64,000 bases of DNA from Camelus dromedarius (lineage: Eukaryota), in contig NC_087436.1 of the NCBI RefSeq assembly GCF_036321535.1, positions 34,908,001 to 34,972,000 of the forward strand, in the 5' to 3' direction. Shown here in pieces: positions 13,041-25,049 of this stretch. The notes under the pieces were generated by a model, which searched no databases, had not been told where the DNA came from, and saw nothing but the letters and a program-made list of their open reading frames with translations. Made by a program: the position numbers and the translations under genes. Every line of letters starts with the position of its first letter. Within the stretch, counting starts at the first letter, position 1.

Positions 13041-13528
13041 GTGATTTTTTTTTTCCCAGTGCTTAATGGAACTTGAGATAATAGTACTGATTATGTAGAA
13101 TTTTAAAAATTTATTTTAATAGAAGAGAGACATTGCCCAGGTATTTTGCAAAATGCAAATATTCTAATATGCTAATAATCTCCCCCCTCCAAAAGATTCT
13201 GGTATGACCTGATAACTCATAATGAAAAAAATCATCTACATGAGTAATACTAACATGAGACTTAGTGAAGTCCCATGTTCAGTGCTGTGAGAGAAAAAAG
13301 ATGCAAAACTTAGAGCTCTATAATAGGAACAAATGTAATTATATACTTTGATTGACTTTTCCTATGCACAGTAATTTTTATAAGTTTTATGTTTAATAAT
13401 TTATTTTAAATAAAATATACAACTAGAGAAATGTTTACCCTTCTGTCATTGGAATCTGAATGTATATGCAAAATCAGTGTTTTTATTTATAAAAATAAAT
13501 AGTTTATTTTTTGTTTTTGTTTTTTAAG

Positions 13529-13671
13529 GGGATTATTTATTATCCTGATGTTTGTATAGTGAAGAGCAGGAATGACTAATTTTTAAATAGTTACTTTTGT
13601 TTTATGATGTAAATAGAACAGAATAATTAGGTTTTTGATATGGAATACATGATAAAGGGATATTCCTCTTG
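13529..13671 (+). pseudogene. Remnant exon, CTLD middle section
   Basis: Acceptor ttgtttttgttttttaag. A single frame reads (G)DYLLS*CLYSEEQE*LIFK*LLLFYDVNRTE*LGF*YGIHDKGIFLL, matching G.L.SI.S.EEQ....WIGL....G.F.W. Donor |gtaact at 13672. Confidence 0.65.
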
Positions 13672-14169
13672 GTAACTGAAATTACTTAGAAGTTTAATTT
13701 GACTTGTTGCCTTTAATTATGATTTGATCAAATTTAATTAGACTTAAATTACTCTTCATTTACACTTTGTTAAACATGTTCCATTGTGACTCTCATACTT
13801 TTCTGCATTTGCACTATCTCGGCTTTAGAAATAGAGTGATTTTTGAAGAAAATTGTATTGACAAAAGTACTCCAATATGCATTAATAAAAATGCATTTTT
13901 ATTCAATCTGAAAGCAATATAGTTTCAAAATTGGGCCAAGAAAAATTTTATAATACTTTCTTAAAGAAAATCATTATAAAGGCTTACACTAGATGGCTTA
14001 ATTTAATACAAATTATATCATAGCCAACCATCTATACATAAAGCAAAACAAAATAGCAAATGTCAACTGTTACAGAATCACTGACAGCTGTTGCTACCAC
14101 AAAAAGAAAAGAATACTTCATTCTTAGTAAGAATCATGTACACTTTTTAAGAGGAAAACATACTTATAG

Positions 14170-14476
14170 CACTCCCCTACTGTGAAAAATCAGAAAAATT
14201 AGAGAGGAGAGTAATGTATTTTGGTGGTGAGAACATAATAACTTGTAGAAGGTGATGTTCAATGTAATATGATTTTTATCACAATGGGGAAATGACTGCT
14301 GGCTCATTGTGAACTACAGGAGGACAGCTGTAAGCTTCTGCAGGTTATTTGCACTACCATAATCTTCTGGCTGATCTTCAAAGAGGTTTCCAAGCAGAGT
14401 TCAAAATGTAAACCATGAAAAAATCCCTACAACCCAGATGAGAAGTTAAATGTGCACACTAAATCCCAGGTGGGAG
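14170..14476 (+). pseudogene. Remnant exon: CTLD C-terminal half plus start of the next CTLD
   Basis: Reads FWW*EHNN (14222-14242), then EGDVQCNMIFITMGK*LLAHCELQEDSCKLLQVICTTIIFWLIFKE, then EVKCAH*IPGG. Donor GAG|gtaatc at 14477. Confidence 0.7.
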
Positions 14477-14702
14477 GTAATCACAGAGTTGGTGATCGCT
14501 TAAGGATCAAATGGCAGCTGTAGCTTTAAGTAGCTTTCCAGGACTGTCTACAGAGAAGAAGGAATGTGTGCCTTCACTTTATGCTTTATTTCATGGATTC
14601 TAAATGTTTTAAAATTGTTACTGTGACTTTTTCTTTTATGGGTCATATTTTTGGGAAATTCATGCTTAATTCTCATCTTGAGCCAAGTATCTACCAAATG
14701 CT

Positions 14703-15069
14703 GTATCAGTTATGATGCCTGAAGCTGCAAGTAATACACATATCAAACTGACTTACAGAGTAAAGACACTTCTTAACTCATATGGCTAGTACTCCAGAAG
14801 TAGGTCTTGTTTTAGGATTAGTTCGTTCTTCAGTTCAAATATAAACCATCTGTCTACCTGCAATGTCCGTCTTACCCCAAGGATGAGAGACTATGGTTAT
14901 TGTTGCCAGTGGTATTAGGACCTGAGCTTCATTCTCCATTCTTTGTGTACAGTGGGGGAAAGTGCATGGCTTCCCAATGTTATCTCTGAGGACAAAAGTT
15001 TCCAGAAATCGATCTTTCTTTCTTTCTTCCTTTCTTTCTTCCTTTCTTTTCTTTCTCTCTTTCTTTCTC

Positions 15070-15142
<73 letters not shown>

Positions 15143-15213
15143 TCCTTCCTTCCTTCCTTCCTTCCTTCCTTCCTTCCTTCCTTCCTTCCTCTCTTTCTTT
15201 CTCTCTTTCTTTC

Positions 15214-15273
<60 letters not shown>

Positions 15274-15960
15274 TCCTTCCTTCCTTCCTTCCTTCCTTCC
15301 TTCCTTCCTTCCTTCCTTTCTCTTTTATCTCACCATTTCTGAGTGTAACATATTTTTTCTAAAAATAGAGCTCTTTGCTTGTTCTGAAACTTCTGAACTT
15401 CCACTTGGAGGTAAAGGGAAGTAAGGCTGACTGTAACTCTAGGGTAACGCTGCAAATGTTTCCTAGTCATGGACCAACTCTTCAAGGCATTCCGGATGCT
15501 CACAGCAAAGATGAATTCATTTCAAATCCATGGTACTGGAGAAACATGACAAAACACTCCAAGCACCGATCCATGCCTGGTGTGAACTCCCATGAACATA
15601 TTGTTGACCAAAGGTCAATCGTAGTTCACATGAGACCAGATGGCAGGGGCCCCTCTTCCAGGAGGTATGGACAGAGGACCCCACACATATCTACCAGAAG
15701 ACCACGGGGTGCCCTCTAGCACACTGGTTAAGAACGTAAGTGTACAAGCACATGAGACAGGGACACAGGATTGAGGATGTTCCACTCCTGCCCTGGACCA
15801 ATGCAGACCTGGATTTAGTATCATGAAACTTGCTGGGGTTGTCTCACATCTCTTTGGTTAGGATTGGGACACATGCTTATACGTTAAATGAATCAATGAC
15901 AGGTGTGTTGGGGGATACATTTATCCTTAGATCAATCAAGTTTATCTTCTAAGCTGATAT
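14703..15960. mobile_element. Old MaLR LTR (MLT1J/K-like) split by an insertion of about 820 bp
   Basis: Starts tgtatcagtta..gctgcaagtaa and resumes after 15830 with tctcacatctctttggttaggattgggacacatgc. Confidence 0.55.
15013..15322. repeat. Compound (TTTC)n/(TTCC)n microsatellite, about 310 bp
   Basis: Directly visible in the sequence. Confidence 0.98.
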
Positions 15961-16744
15961 TAATTCTTTAAACACTATATCAACCACTTAGCGGGTGATG
16001 TGCAGAATGGATGCGGAGGGAGCTGTCTCAGCCTGCACTACTGCCTGGCCCTTTCATCTCCCCAGAATCCATACAGAGCACTCTTCCTTACTGCACAGCT
16101 TTCAGAATGTTCATTTTTGCACGGTGTTCTCACTCATCATTTGGAGGGTCATGGTAAGAGCCCTGGGGCCTTTATTTGGTTGAATTTTATTTTACTTTTT
16201 AACCAGATAGTTTTGAATTCAAGTCATGTGACTTTATTGCCTTTATATCTCATTCAATAATGTTCAGAACATATACTGAACAGACTAATAATGAAAATAT
16301 CACAACTTGTGAGATATAGCTAATCTTAAGGCTTTAAATGGTATATGTTTATAGTGAAATGTTTATCTTTACATGTACATATTTAAAAAAAAACACTTGA
16401 GACCATTAATCTATTTTTAGTTTAACAAGAAGCTAAAAATTTCAATAAGACAGTAAACCCACAAGAAGTGAAAAGAAAAAATACAGTTAAGAGCAGAAAT
16501 TAGTGAAGTGAAATGCATATCTGTAAAATTTGACAAATACAAAATGAGTTCTTCAAAACCAGTGTCAGGAATCAAAAGAGACATCTCTACAGTTCAGCAC
16601 TGTGCAGCACAACTTTCCATGATGATAAATTCTATTCAATATCTGTGATGTCTTTTAAAATTGCTTCTAGTCACAAAAAAAAGAATGTTGTCAAATGTCT
16701 TAAAATTTTCTCCCATATTTTCTGTAATTTTTAACACACTGATT

Positions 16745-16846
16745 TCCAACTGATGAGCTTTTCAACCAATGTAACGTTCATCATCACTGACCATTTGGTA
16801 CCCTGAGTTCCCTACTCTGGAGCTGAAAAACTAGAAAATGAACCTA
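16745..16846 (+). pseudogene. Possible remnant exon (CTLD VTF..W.P..P segment)
   Basis: Reads FSTNVTFIIT, then WYPEFP in a shifted frame. Splice sites are degraded. Confidence 0.35.
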
Positions 16847-17103
16847 GTTAAGTTATTTTTAAATGATAAATATTAAGTTCCTAGGTTATTTATGTTTTAT
16901 CATAAGAACTCAAAACACTGCACTTTAATTTTTCTCAAGGAAAAAAAACTATGCTTTATCAACACAATTTCTGTGTTTTTCACTATATATCTATGACATA
17001 TATATATTTATATATGCAGCATTATATATAGATTATTAAAAACTATAATATTTTATTATCTACCCATTTGATAATTAATGTAACTTTAACCAGTCTTTTC
17101 AAG

Positions 17104-17326
17104 GATTCTGTTGATTAAGTGTGCATATACAGATATTACTATAGTTTTAGTAGCAGCCATATTTAAGGACAAGAAACTTTTTTAGAATTTAATTTCCAAA
17201 ATGAGAGAACAGGGCCCTCCACTTAGGGATAAATACTAAAGAGTTGTCAGGCAGCAACAAGCAGTGGTTTCAAATGTTTCGGTTGGTAAAAGAACATAGT
17301 TCCAACCAGCAGGAGCCAGGTGTCCG
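17104..17326 (+). pseudogene. Remnant exon, CTLD core
   Basis: Acceptor cagtcttttcaag, then DSVD*VCIYRYYYSFSSSHI*GQETFLEF and, after a shift, LHLGINTKELSGSNKQW...SNQQEPGV. Donor CG|gtaagc at 17327. Confidence 0.6.
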
Positions 17327-17412
17327 GTAAGCTTAACATTAAGTAATTGAGACTATTATCTCATTCTAGAGCATGTTTTTACAACATAACATTTTGATAT
17401 GTATCATATTTA

Positions 17413-18200
17413 TATTTATGACTTATGTCCTGAAGATGAACATGGTTAAAACTATTGTATATTAAATCCACAGGCTAATTGTACTTTTCCATAAATTTTC
17501 TGTCTAAACCTTTTGTGCTTTTGCCTGATTGGATTACAATGCTTTTCTTTTCAATCTGTATGAGTAATTTATATATTAAGGATATCAGCTTTGTCACATG
17601 TTGGAAAAAAAGAAAATAAATCCAATTAGATAAATTAATACTAAATTGTTAAATGTGAAAATATATAATTTAAAATTTCCATATATTAAAAAAACTGAGC
17701 ATTCTAATCTTCATAAGCATACCACAATGACATTTAAATCAAGATTTAAAAATTTTACTACTCAATAAATTTAAAATTTAAAATGTATTTTATATTGTAT
17801 ATATTATGATATTAAAAAAACCTTCAAAACCTCAAACAACTTTTAAAAACATCAACAGCTAAGGTATTTTTTGGACTGTATGTCTGGTGCAAAACTATTC
17901 TACTTCAATATATGAAAATTCATCTGTTAATTTCAGGTACACTCTTGATTGGTTTAATAAGCATAATCAATGACAAATCTTTTTCATAAGTGCAATTGTA
18001 TATAGTTAGAAAACATTCAGATGAAGCTAATTATTTTCTTTAAAACACATATAAAAACACAGATACTTGTTAAAGAGTTACTTCCTGGAAAATTGTCTTT
18101 TATTGTTCAGGCAAATCAAGTCATGTTGTAATGATGTAGATTTAAAGCTGCTTAGGGATGGGAGCCTGTATTTTGACACTAAATGGTTTAAGCCTAATAC
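17413..18200 (+). pseudogene. Cluster of short CTLD exon remnants (about 17413-17470, 17820-17936, 18111-18200)
   Basis: Reads LCPEDE/TWLK; LQNLKQLLKTSTAKVFFGL with donor CAG|gtacac at 17937; and, after acceptor gtcttttattgttcag, LRDGSLYFDTKWFKP. Confidence 0.5.
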
Positions 18201-18289
18201 TTAAATTATATTCTCAGTGTTATTTTTAACATGCTTGTTGTTGTGGGTTCTTTCCCTTCTTTTTAAAAACAAATTAGCCATGAGTTATA

Positions 18290-18587
18290 ATTATGTCTCT
18301 GAGTGCAATTAATGTAAATATGGTGTGTGGAAGAATCCGAGAGAGATGCCAGAAAATGCCTTCAAAAGTAAATGTGGCAAAAAACCAAGGGTATAAGATT
18401 GCAGGGTGATTTCCATAGCACTCCTTCCTCCTCTTCATCCCAAAGGCCAAACTGTGTTCAGATTATTGGAATGTTCTTACCGCACATTTCAGGAAAGTAT
18501 TTTCCATAACTTAATTCAAATTTCTGTATTCCTCAAATTAACCTGAAACATTTAGACCTGCAGAAATTCAGCTTCAAACATTAAGGA
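18290..18587 (+). pseudogene. Remnant exon: CTLD end plus start of the next CTLD
   Basis: Reads SECN*CKYGVWKN../RCQK, then KLCSDYWNV, then ETFRPAEIQLQTLR. Donor |gtaagg at 18588. Confidence 0.5.
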
Positions 18588-18889
18588 GTAAGGCTCTTTA
18601 CTTCTCAAGTAATAGTCTTAGGGACTGTGGACCTGTGTTCAAGAATTCAGATTTATTGGGGATTCGGAATGAATTTGCCATTCTAGCATCTTTATCATTT
18701 CAAGTATTTTTAGGAAAGAATACTTGACATTGGAGATTTTAAACAATATTGTTTATATATATATGCATATATATATATACACACACAACATATTCAGTAT
18801 ATAAATATATAATATATTCAGTGCATATATATATACTGAATAAATCTTTTTTGTCTTTTAAAATTTTATGTATGTATGCATGTCTGAAT

Positions 18890-19930
18890 GAATCTTTATT
18901 GTTGCATTAAGGCCCTCCACAATCCGGCCCTCCATTACCTTCTCATTTCATCACCTACCACAACCTCCTTAACTCTGTCTCAGCAACCCTGGTCACCTGG
19001 CTCTTCCCTTCAAATACTCCAGGCATGCCTGCCTCAATTCCACACTCCTCATTTCTTCACCTTTTCTGACATATAAATAAATAGTTGTTTCAAACCTAAC
19101 TCTTTCTTGGACCATTAAGGGAAATAAATACACAATGACTTTGAACTTTAAATTTAGTATGCTCAGCACTCAAGGTGAGTTGTGAATCAACCAGACTTCC
19201 ATCTTCATTTATTTATTCATTGTACAATTATTTACTGAACAATCATTGTATGACATACAACAATCATTGTATGACACATTGGTTAAAGTGTTGGAGGTAA
19301 ATGGTAAATAAAACAGATGAAAATCCCTACATTTATGAAGCTTGTAATCTGGTGGGTGGGGGGTACACACATTTAAAATTACTGATTTAAGTGTGAAGAG
19401 GAAAAATAAATAAAGCAAGAAAGAAGATACAAAGAGTGTGTGTGTGTGTTATGTATGTGTGGGACGTATTGCCACAGACATGGCAGCCAGGGAATGCCTC
19501 ACTGAGAATATGGCATTTGAGTGAACGTCTGGAGAGGTGAGGGGATGAGGAGTGCAGATATCTGTCCTTGAGGCAGGTGGGCCTCGAGAGCTTGGAGGAA
19601 GAGTGGGGTGACCCAGGTTGCTGAGGCAGAGTTAAGTCTGTGGTAGCACATGACATCAGAGGCAATACATGGTCAGATCATGGGAGACCTTAATGCAATG
19701 ATAAAGGTTTCTTCAGTTTAGGAGCACCCTGACTCATCTGTTAAAGGACCACTTTTGTTCCTTGGTCAAAATTTGACCGAAATGGGGTCAAAACTGAAGG
19801 AGAGAGAGAAGGAAGGCTACTGCAGTTACCCACGTGACTAACGATGGTGGCGTGGGAACACGGTGGCAGCAGGGGAGATGCTTAGAAGTAGTTCTAAGTA
19901 TATTTTGAAAATAGAATTGATAAATCAAAT
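18890..19930. mobile_element. L2 fragments flanking the 19093-19174 segment
   Basis: aaggccctccacaatccggccc; the L2 3' end tttatttattcatt..tatttactgaac; catttgagtgaacgtctggag. Confidence 0.6.
19093..19174 (+). pseudogene. Possible remnant exon (L.TI...NDF segment)
   Basis: Reads WTIKGNK / IHNDF. Strong donor AAG|gtgagt at 19175, phase-compatible with the exon at 20566. Confidence 0.4.
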
Positions 19931-20151
19931 ATTAGGAATGGAAATGTATATTTATATTTTTTGGATGGCATATCATTAGAACTGGAGAAGGAAAAACATA
20001 AAAGCCAGTATTTCAGGATACAGCAGACACAGCAGACTAGGGGTTTATAGACACATACCCCAGTAGCTCTTGTGTCTTTAACTAGCTTTGAGACCTTGAG
20101 CAAAGTTCTTTAAGCTTTCAAGGCCTTGGTTTTACTAACAAAGTGGGATTA

Positions 20152-20358
20152 GGTGTTAAAACTGGCCAAACAGTACCACTGCTGATTTTTGTGTATAAAT
20201 TTTTATCAAAATAAATCCATGCTCACTTGTTAATGTATTGTCTTTGGCTGCCTTTGCACTACCACAGCAGAGTCCAGACATTGCAGAGAGATTACAGAGC
20301 TTGCAAAACCTAAAAGAGCTACTATCTGACCCTTTACAGAAAGTTTTCTTATTCCTGG
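20152..20358. mobile_element. MER58A-like hAT element
   Basis: gtattgtctttggctgcctttgcactaccacagcagag..tactatctgaccctttacagaaagttt. Confidence 0.8.
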
Positions 20359-20565
20359 ACTAGATAATAAAAACTCCTATTCTATGAATTCAATGAAGAG
20401 AAAGCATAAAAATGTTGGATTTTGAGTAGTTTCTGTATTTAGTATTGCAAAATGTATATAAAAGCTGCATATTTTATATGCAATTAATCAAGAAAAATAA
20501 AATCATGAGTAAGAGGTAGCTAGACTGAAGTTCAGAAAACATATGTGATTCTTTACCATTAACAG

Positions 20566-20643
20566 TGTATCCTAATGATAATGTAATTCTACATCTACTG
20601 GCATTAAGTGATGATCAGACTTTGTGGTCCAATGAATAAATGG
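20566..20643 (+). pseudogene. Remnant exon (IGLSD..WS segment)
   Basis: Acceptor ctttaccattaacag, then YPNDNVILHLLALSDDQTLWSNE*M. GT at 20644. Confidence 0.5.
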
Positions 20644-20649
20644 GTATAT

Positions 20650-20653
<4 letters not shown>

Positions 20654-20684
<31 letters not shown>
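20654..20684. repeat. (CA)n microsatellite
   Basis: Directly visible in the sequence. Confidence 0.95.
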
Positions 20685-20685
<1 letters not shown>

Positions 20686-20969
20686 TTTTTCATTTTGTTA
20701 AATGAGTTATTCATTCATTCATTCCTCCTTTATTCATTTATTCACACCTCACTCATGTATGTATATACACATGTGCTTAGAAACAAGTCTGGAATGACAG
20801 ACATATTTTATAATGTTAAAGTCTAATTACTGTCAATTTTATTATTTTTGCTTATTTGTATTTTCTGAAAAAGAGAGGAATACATGGAAAAATTAAAATA
20901 AAAGTCTAGTGAACACATATTCAATGTCCCTGAATCTTCTACTGATCTAGAGCTATAAAGAGAAGGTCG

Positions 20970-21073
20970 AGGCTGAAGGCCCAGAGGTACGAGAGGCAGA
21001 TAACTTACAGTGGTGGACTATCTAGTAATTAATATCACTTGTATTGACGGCTTTGAACTGTTCCAGGTAGCAT
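20970..21073 (+). pseudogene. Sushi/CCP-like exon remnant
   Basis: Reads VINITCIDGFELFQ, matching the V.Y.C..GF.L.G pattern. Donor |gtaagt at 21074; start is approximate. Confidence 0.45.
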
Positions 21074-21439
21074 GTAAGTACACATACTTCACAAAGAAGA
21101 GAAATTAATAGATGAAGAGAGAATGGAAAAGGCAAAATTTCTTTTCACAATTTCGCCCTCGGCACCTTATAAATAGCACATGAAGCTTAGCTGATCATTA
21201 AGTATGGCTTTCCCATTGGAGCCCTTTGCTCCTTAATCTTTCAGTTATTTTCCCCTAAGTGTCACATATAATTTTAAAACAATATAGTTTCTTGAACTTT
21301 GTATTCATAAAATTGTGAATTATTCTTTTCTTGTTGTGCAATCCCTCTAAACATGCAGGCATCCCTTACCATGTATAACAGAGCAAACCTCATATCAAAA
21401 CCTTTCAGAAAACATAGTAGCCATGGAATCTTGTTTGTA

Positions 21440-22150
21440 ACCTTCCAGCTCTGACAAGACTTTCTCACCAAACCTCAGATACTCCAGCACCAGATGGCTG
21501 ATTCCCCTTCCTCAGAAGTCAGGGTCCCAGCCCCATGGGACCCCTTTTTCAAATCAAAGGTGCTAGTGGAACAGGACCCCTTCCTCAGAGGTCTGAATTT
21601 TAGCTCTGTTTTAATATTTCTAAGCTTTCTGCTTTTTCCTCAGCCTTCTAAGTAGTACCTGCTCCTTGTAGTTGCTACTTCCATGAGACCTCAGAGTTCT
21701 CCCTTGGCCTTTCAGTTGCCTAATTAACGTTGCTTTTATACATCATTAACTGCTTTCTATTCCACATTACCTCTGTTAAAACACCTGGACCCTGATTGAG
21801 AGATACCGACTGATCATTCTGTTTGCTGCGGTTCCTTAAGTGGCTAGGTGTTTTCCTTTGTGAATCCACAGAGTATGAGAACTGGTTGTTGGAAGATGCC
21901 AAATGGCACTAGTCCCACAGGCCACTGACACAACTGCCTTATGGGCTGGACATATATGGGCAAAAAGTTTGCCAGTGCTACTGCTAGGGTACTTAGGGGA
22001 AGGATCTCTGCTCTCCAGGTGCCCAGCACTGTCTCCGCCAAGGGACAGGAAAGGCTGGCCCTCTCCAGGATACACTTCTTTCTAGTATTTGTCCAGGATC
22101 TCTTTAAAGCTGGTCTCCAGAGTCTCAATCAGTCCCATAAAAGACAAAGC
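21440..22150. mobile_element. Probable ERV/LTR-derived fragment
   Basis: GC-richer block resembling an old LTR plus internal sequence. Family not identified. Confidence 0.4.
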
Positions 22151-22404
22151 ACCATATTAGTTACTAGTTATCATCTGGAGAACTTCAAATTCAGAGCCTC
22201 ATATTTCTCAGCAGTTCATAAGCCCTAACAGCAATTTGACTTAGGAGATGCAAATAATTTGGGAGTACGGGGAAAGGGATCTGCATATTTTTCACATTTA
22301 TGGGAGACCAAGTTTTCAAATAAAAAGTTGATAGTTACTAATTGTTTTGACAAGTGATTCTTTCAAAGACAATAAATTTTATATTTGCTCTTTTTCCCCC
22401 AAAG

Positions 22405-22479
22405 TTGATAGCGTCTCGGATGGAAGAAAATATTCCCAACATCAATTAGGAAATGCATTTTTTATACTTTTACAATTTA
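22405..22479 (+). pseudogene. Remnant exon, CTLD start
   Basis: Acceptor gctctttttcccccaaag, then DSVSDGRKYSQHQL / RKCIFYTF (C.DGW....KC.F-like). Donor |gtaagt at 22480. Confidence 0.55.
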
Positions 22480-22597
22480 GTAAGTATATTAGCCTTAAAA
22501 TAATTTTATAATAATGTTTGTTTTTGGAAAATAACCTTAATGATTAAATTAATTTTAAAATCATTTTTATGTCTCTTATGTGCCGTTTTGTACACAG

Positions 22598-22705
22598 ATT
22601 TTGAATAATGCTTAAGAAATTTCTTTTCTGCCCCAAAATGGCCATTTAGATTATTATCTTAATATGGCTATAATCATTGTTTCAGTCCACCTGGTCAAAA
22701 CATAT
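22598..22705 (+). pseudogene. Remnant exon (W..A...C...GHL segment)
   Basis: Acceptor gttttgtacacag, then ILNNA*EISFLPQNGHLD. End is approximate. Confidence 0.5.
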
Positions 22706-24093
22706 GTGTAGTTTTCATTAATCTCTCAAAAATGCTTCCTGCATATCATTAAAGTGTGACAACCTGAAAGACTGCAGTAGATTAGCTCCAATATTTCACC
22801 AAAATTGGGAAGAAGAGAAGCCAAGGGAAAAAAAATCTTCAGTGTCATAGTGATCACAGGGCAGTCATATCACCTTTGTGTATAAAGAGCAACACACTGA
22901 ATCGTGACGTGCTGGATGAATTTCCTTTCTCTCTTAGCTAGATTGTCATTTTCTCAAAAAAAAAAAAATTTGGACAATAAAATTAAGGTGAATTGTGGCA
23001 GTACAATGAAGGCCACTGCACATTCATTAAAGTTTTGCAGGAGTATTTAATAAAAAATTTCACTAAGGCAGAGTGGCTTTGTTACTTAAAATGAAACAAG
23101 AATAAGAAGCAGGTAAAATTAATTTCATATGAAGTTGTCTTGGTGAACATTGAAAATCAATGAGTTGAACATACTCTGCCCTTAAACATGAGTGAAGTAG
23201 TCTATTTTCTCCTTCAATGATTATGACTGCTCAGTGAGTCATACACTCTACACATTAGAAGTAGTTTCATTAACTTCTATTTTTTTCTTAATTACCTAGA
23301 TAGAGAAGCATTCAAATATCATTACAATCAATCAATCAGGCAATAAGTATCTTCTCTCTTAGAACAGTTGTAGGAAATGCAGAGAAATTTAACATCACTC
23401 TTTCCCTTCAGAAATTTACAGGATAATAAACTAATAATAATCATAATTACCATTTCTTTAGAAGTTATGATATAATGCCAGATACTAGATGTAATGTCTA
23501 ATTTGATTTTACAACATTCCTATGAAATCAATTTTATTAGTTCTGCTTGATAGATGAAGAAACTGAGACTAGAAATTACCTTACTCAAATTTACACAGCT
23601 AGAAATTGTGAGAACTTGAAAGCAAATGCATAATGGCTGGATTCCAAGAGGGGTGCTTTGGTGTACAAGGTTAAGATCCTGAACTTAGACTAGGAATTTC
23701 CATTAAGGAACTAAAAATGAGATCTCAGTGCCTTCTGAAGAAGTACCCCATAGTGCAGTACTTTCTGAAATTTAACATATTTTGCTTGGAGATCTTGTTA
23801 AAAACTTTGTTCAGTAGTTTTGATTGAAGCCTGAGATTCTGCCTTTCTAACATACTCTCTAGTGATCTCATGCTTTTAGTCAGAAAACTATACTGAATGG
23901 TAAGACTTAAGGGGACTCTGAACAAAGAAGAGAAGACACAGAGTAAAAATATTAAGCTTAAACTTCTAGATGTTATAAGTTAGCTAATTTTTAGAGGCTT
24001 AAGAAATGATAGATATGATTTCAAATAGCTATAAATTTATTAAGAAGAAACAAAAATTTTACCTATAAATTTTTAAAAAGTCAAGATTGCCTG

Positions 24094-24677
24094 CACTGTT
24101 TGGTAGGAATGTAAATTGGTGCATCCACTATGGAGAACAGTATGGAGGTTCTTTTAAAAAAACTAAACATAGTTGCCAGATGATCTAGCAATCCCATTCC
24201 TGGGCATATATCCAGAGAAAACTATAATTTGAAAAGATACATGCACCCCAATGCTCACAGCAATACTATGTACAATAGCCAAAACATGGAAGCAACCTAA
24301 CTGTCCATCAACAGATGAATGGATTAAGATGTGGTATGGTATAACACCATTTGCACCAACATGGATGGACCTAGAGATTATCATTCTAAGTGAAGTAAGT
24401 CAGAAAGAGAAAGACAAATATCATGTGATATCACTTACATGTGGACTCTAAAACATGACACAAATGAACTTACCTATGAAACAAACAAGACTCCAAGCAG
24501 AGAAAACAAACTTATGGTTACTAAAGGGGAAAGTGGGAGGGGAAGGGATAAATTAGGAGTTTGGGATGAACAGATATAAACTACTATATATAAAATAAAT
24601 AAATAATTTCCTACTGGATAGCACAAGGAACTATATTCAGTATCCTATAATAAACCATAATGGAAAAGAAAAAATAA
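24094..24677 (+). mobile_element. 5'-truncated L1 with an 11-bp TSD
   Basis: ORF2 end (IAKTWKQPNCPSTDEWIKMWY) and 3' UTR. TSD aagattgcctg at 24083-24093 and 24678-24688. Confidence 0.92.
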
Positions 24678-24699
24678 AAGATTGCCTGAATTTCTTTTT

Positions 24700-25045
24700 C
24701 TAGTCAAGATGGAGTAGTAGGGACCTGATTTACCTGTCTATCTGAAATAACCAAAAAAAAAAAAAAAAAAAAAAAAAAAGAAATATATGAAACAAAGGCA
24801 TTTAAAACATTAGACATCAGAAAAAGAAGGTCAGTGATCTCTGAGAGCTGGAAAACAAATGGTATAAGCTCTATGATTGCCCTAGCTTACTGCCTAGAGA
24901 AAGTTTCCAGGCCATGGCACAGGGAGAAGAAACCCAGGTAGAGCTTGGTGGTCTCCTGATTTAAGGACAAAGATAGGGATTCTTTTCAATCCAGAGTTTA
25001 CAGGGAAGAACACCAGAGAGGAGAGAGTTCATGAAGAGAACCTCA
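24700..25045 (+). mobile_element. Old L1 5' end fragment
   Basis: Begins caagatggagtagtagggac; sequence resembles an L1M 5' UTR. Confidence 0.5.
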
Positions 25046-25049
25046 CTTA

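Noticed and set aside
14943..15362. F/L/S-rich ORFs of 139 and 126 aa
   Set aside because: They are translations of the TTTC/TTCC microsatellite.
15500..15720. Faint resemblance of the retro-insertion to TECR (GPLSI, RCLECFV, FSSTMDL)
   Set aside because: The similarity seems far lower than expected for a retrocopy younger than its host LTR, so it is not assigned.
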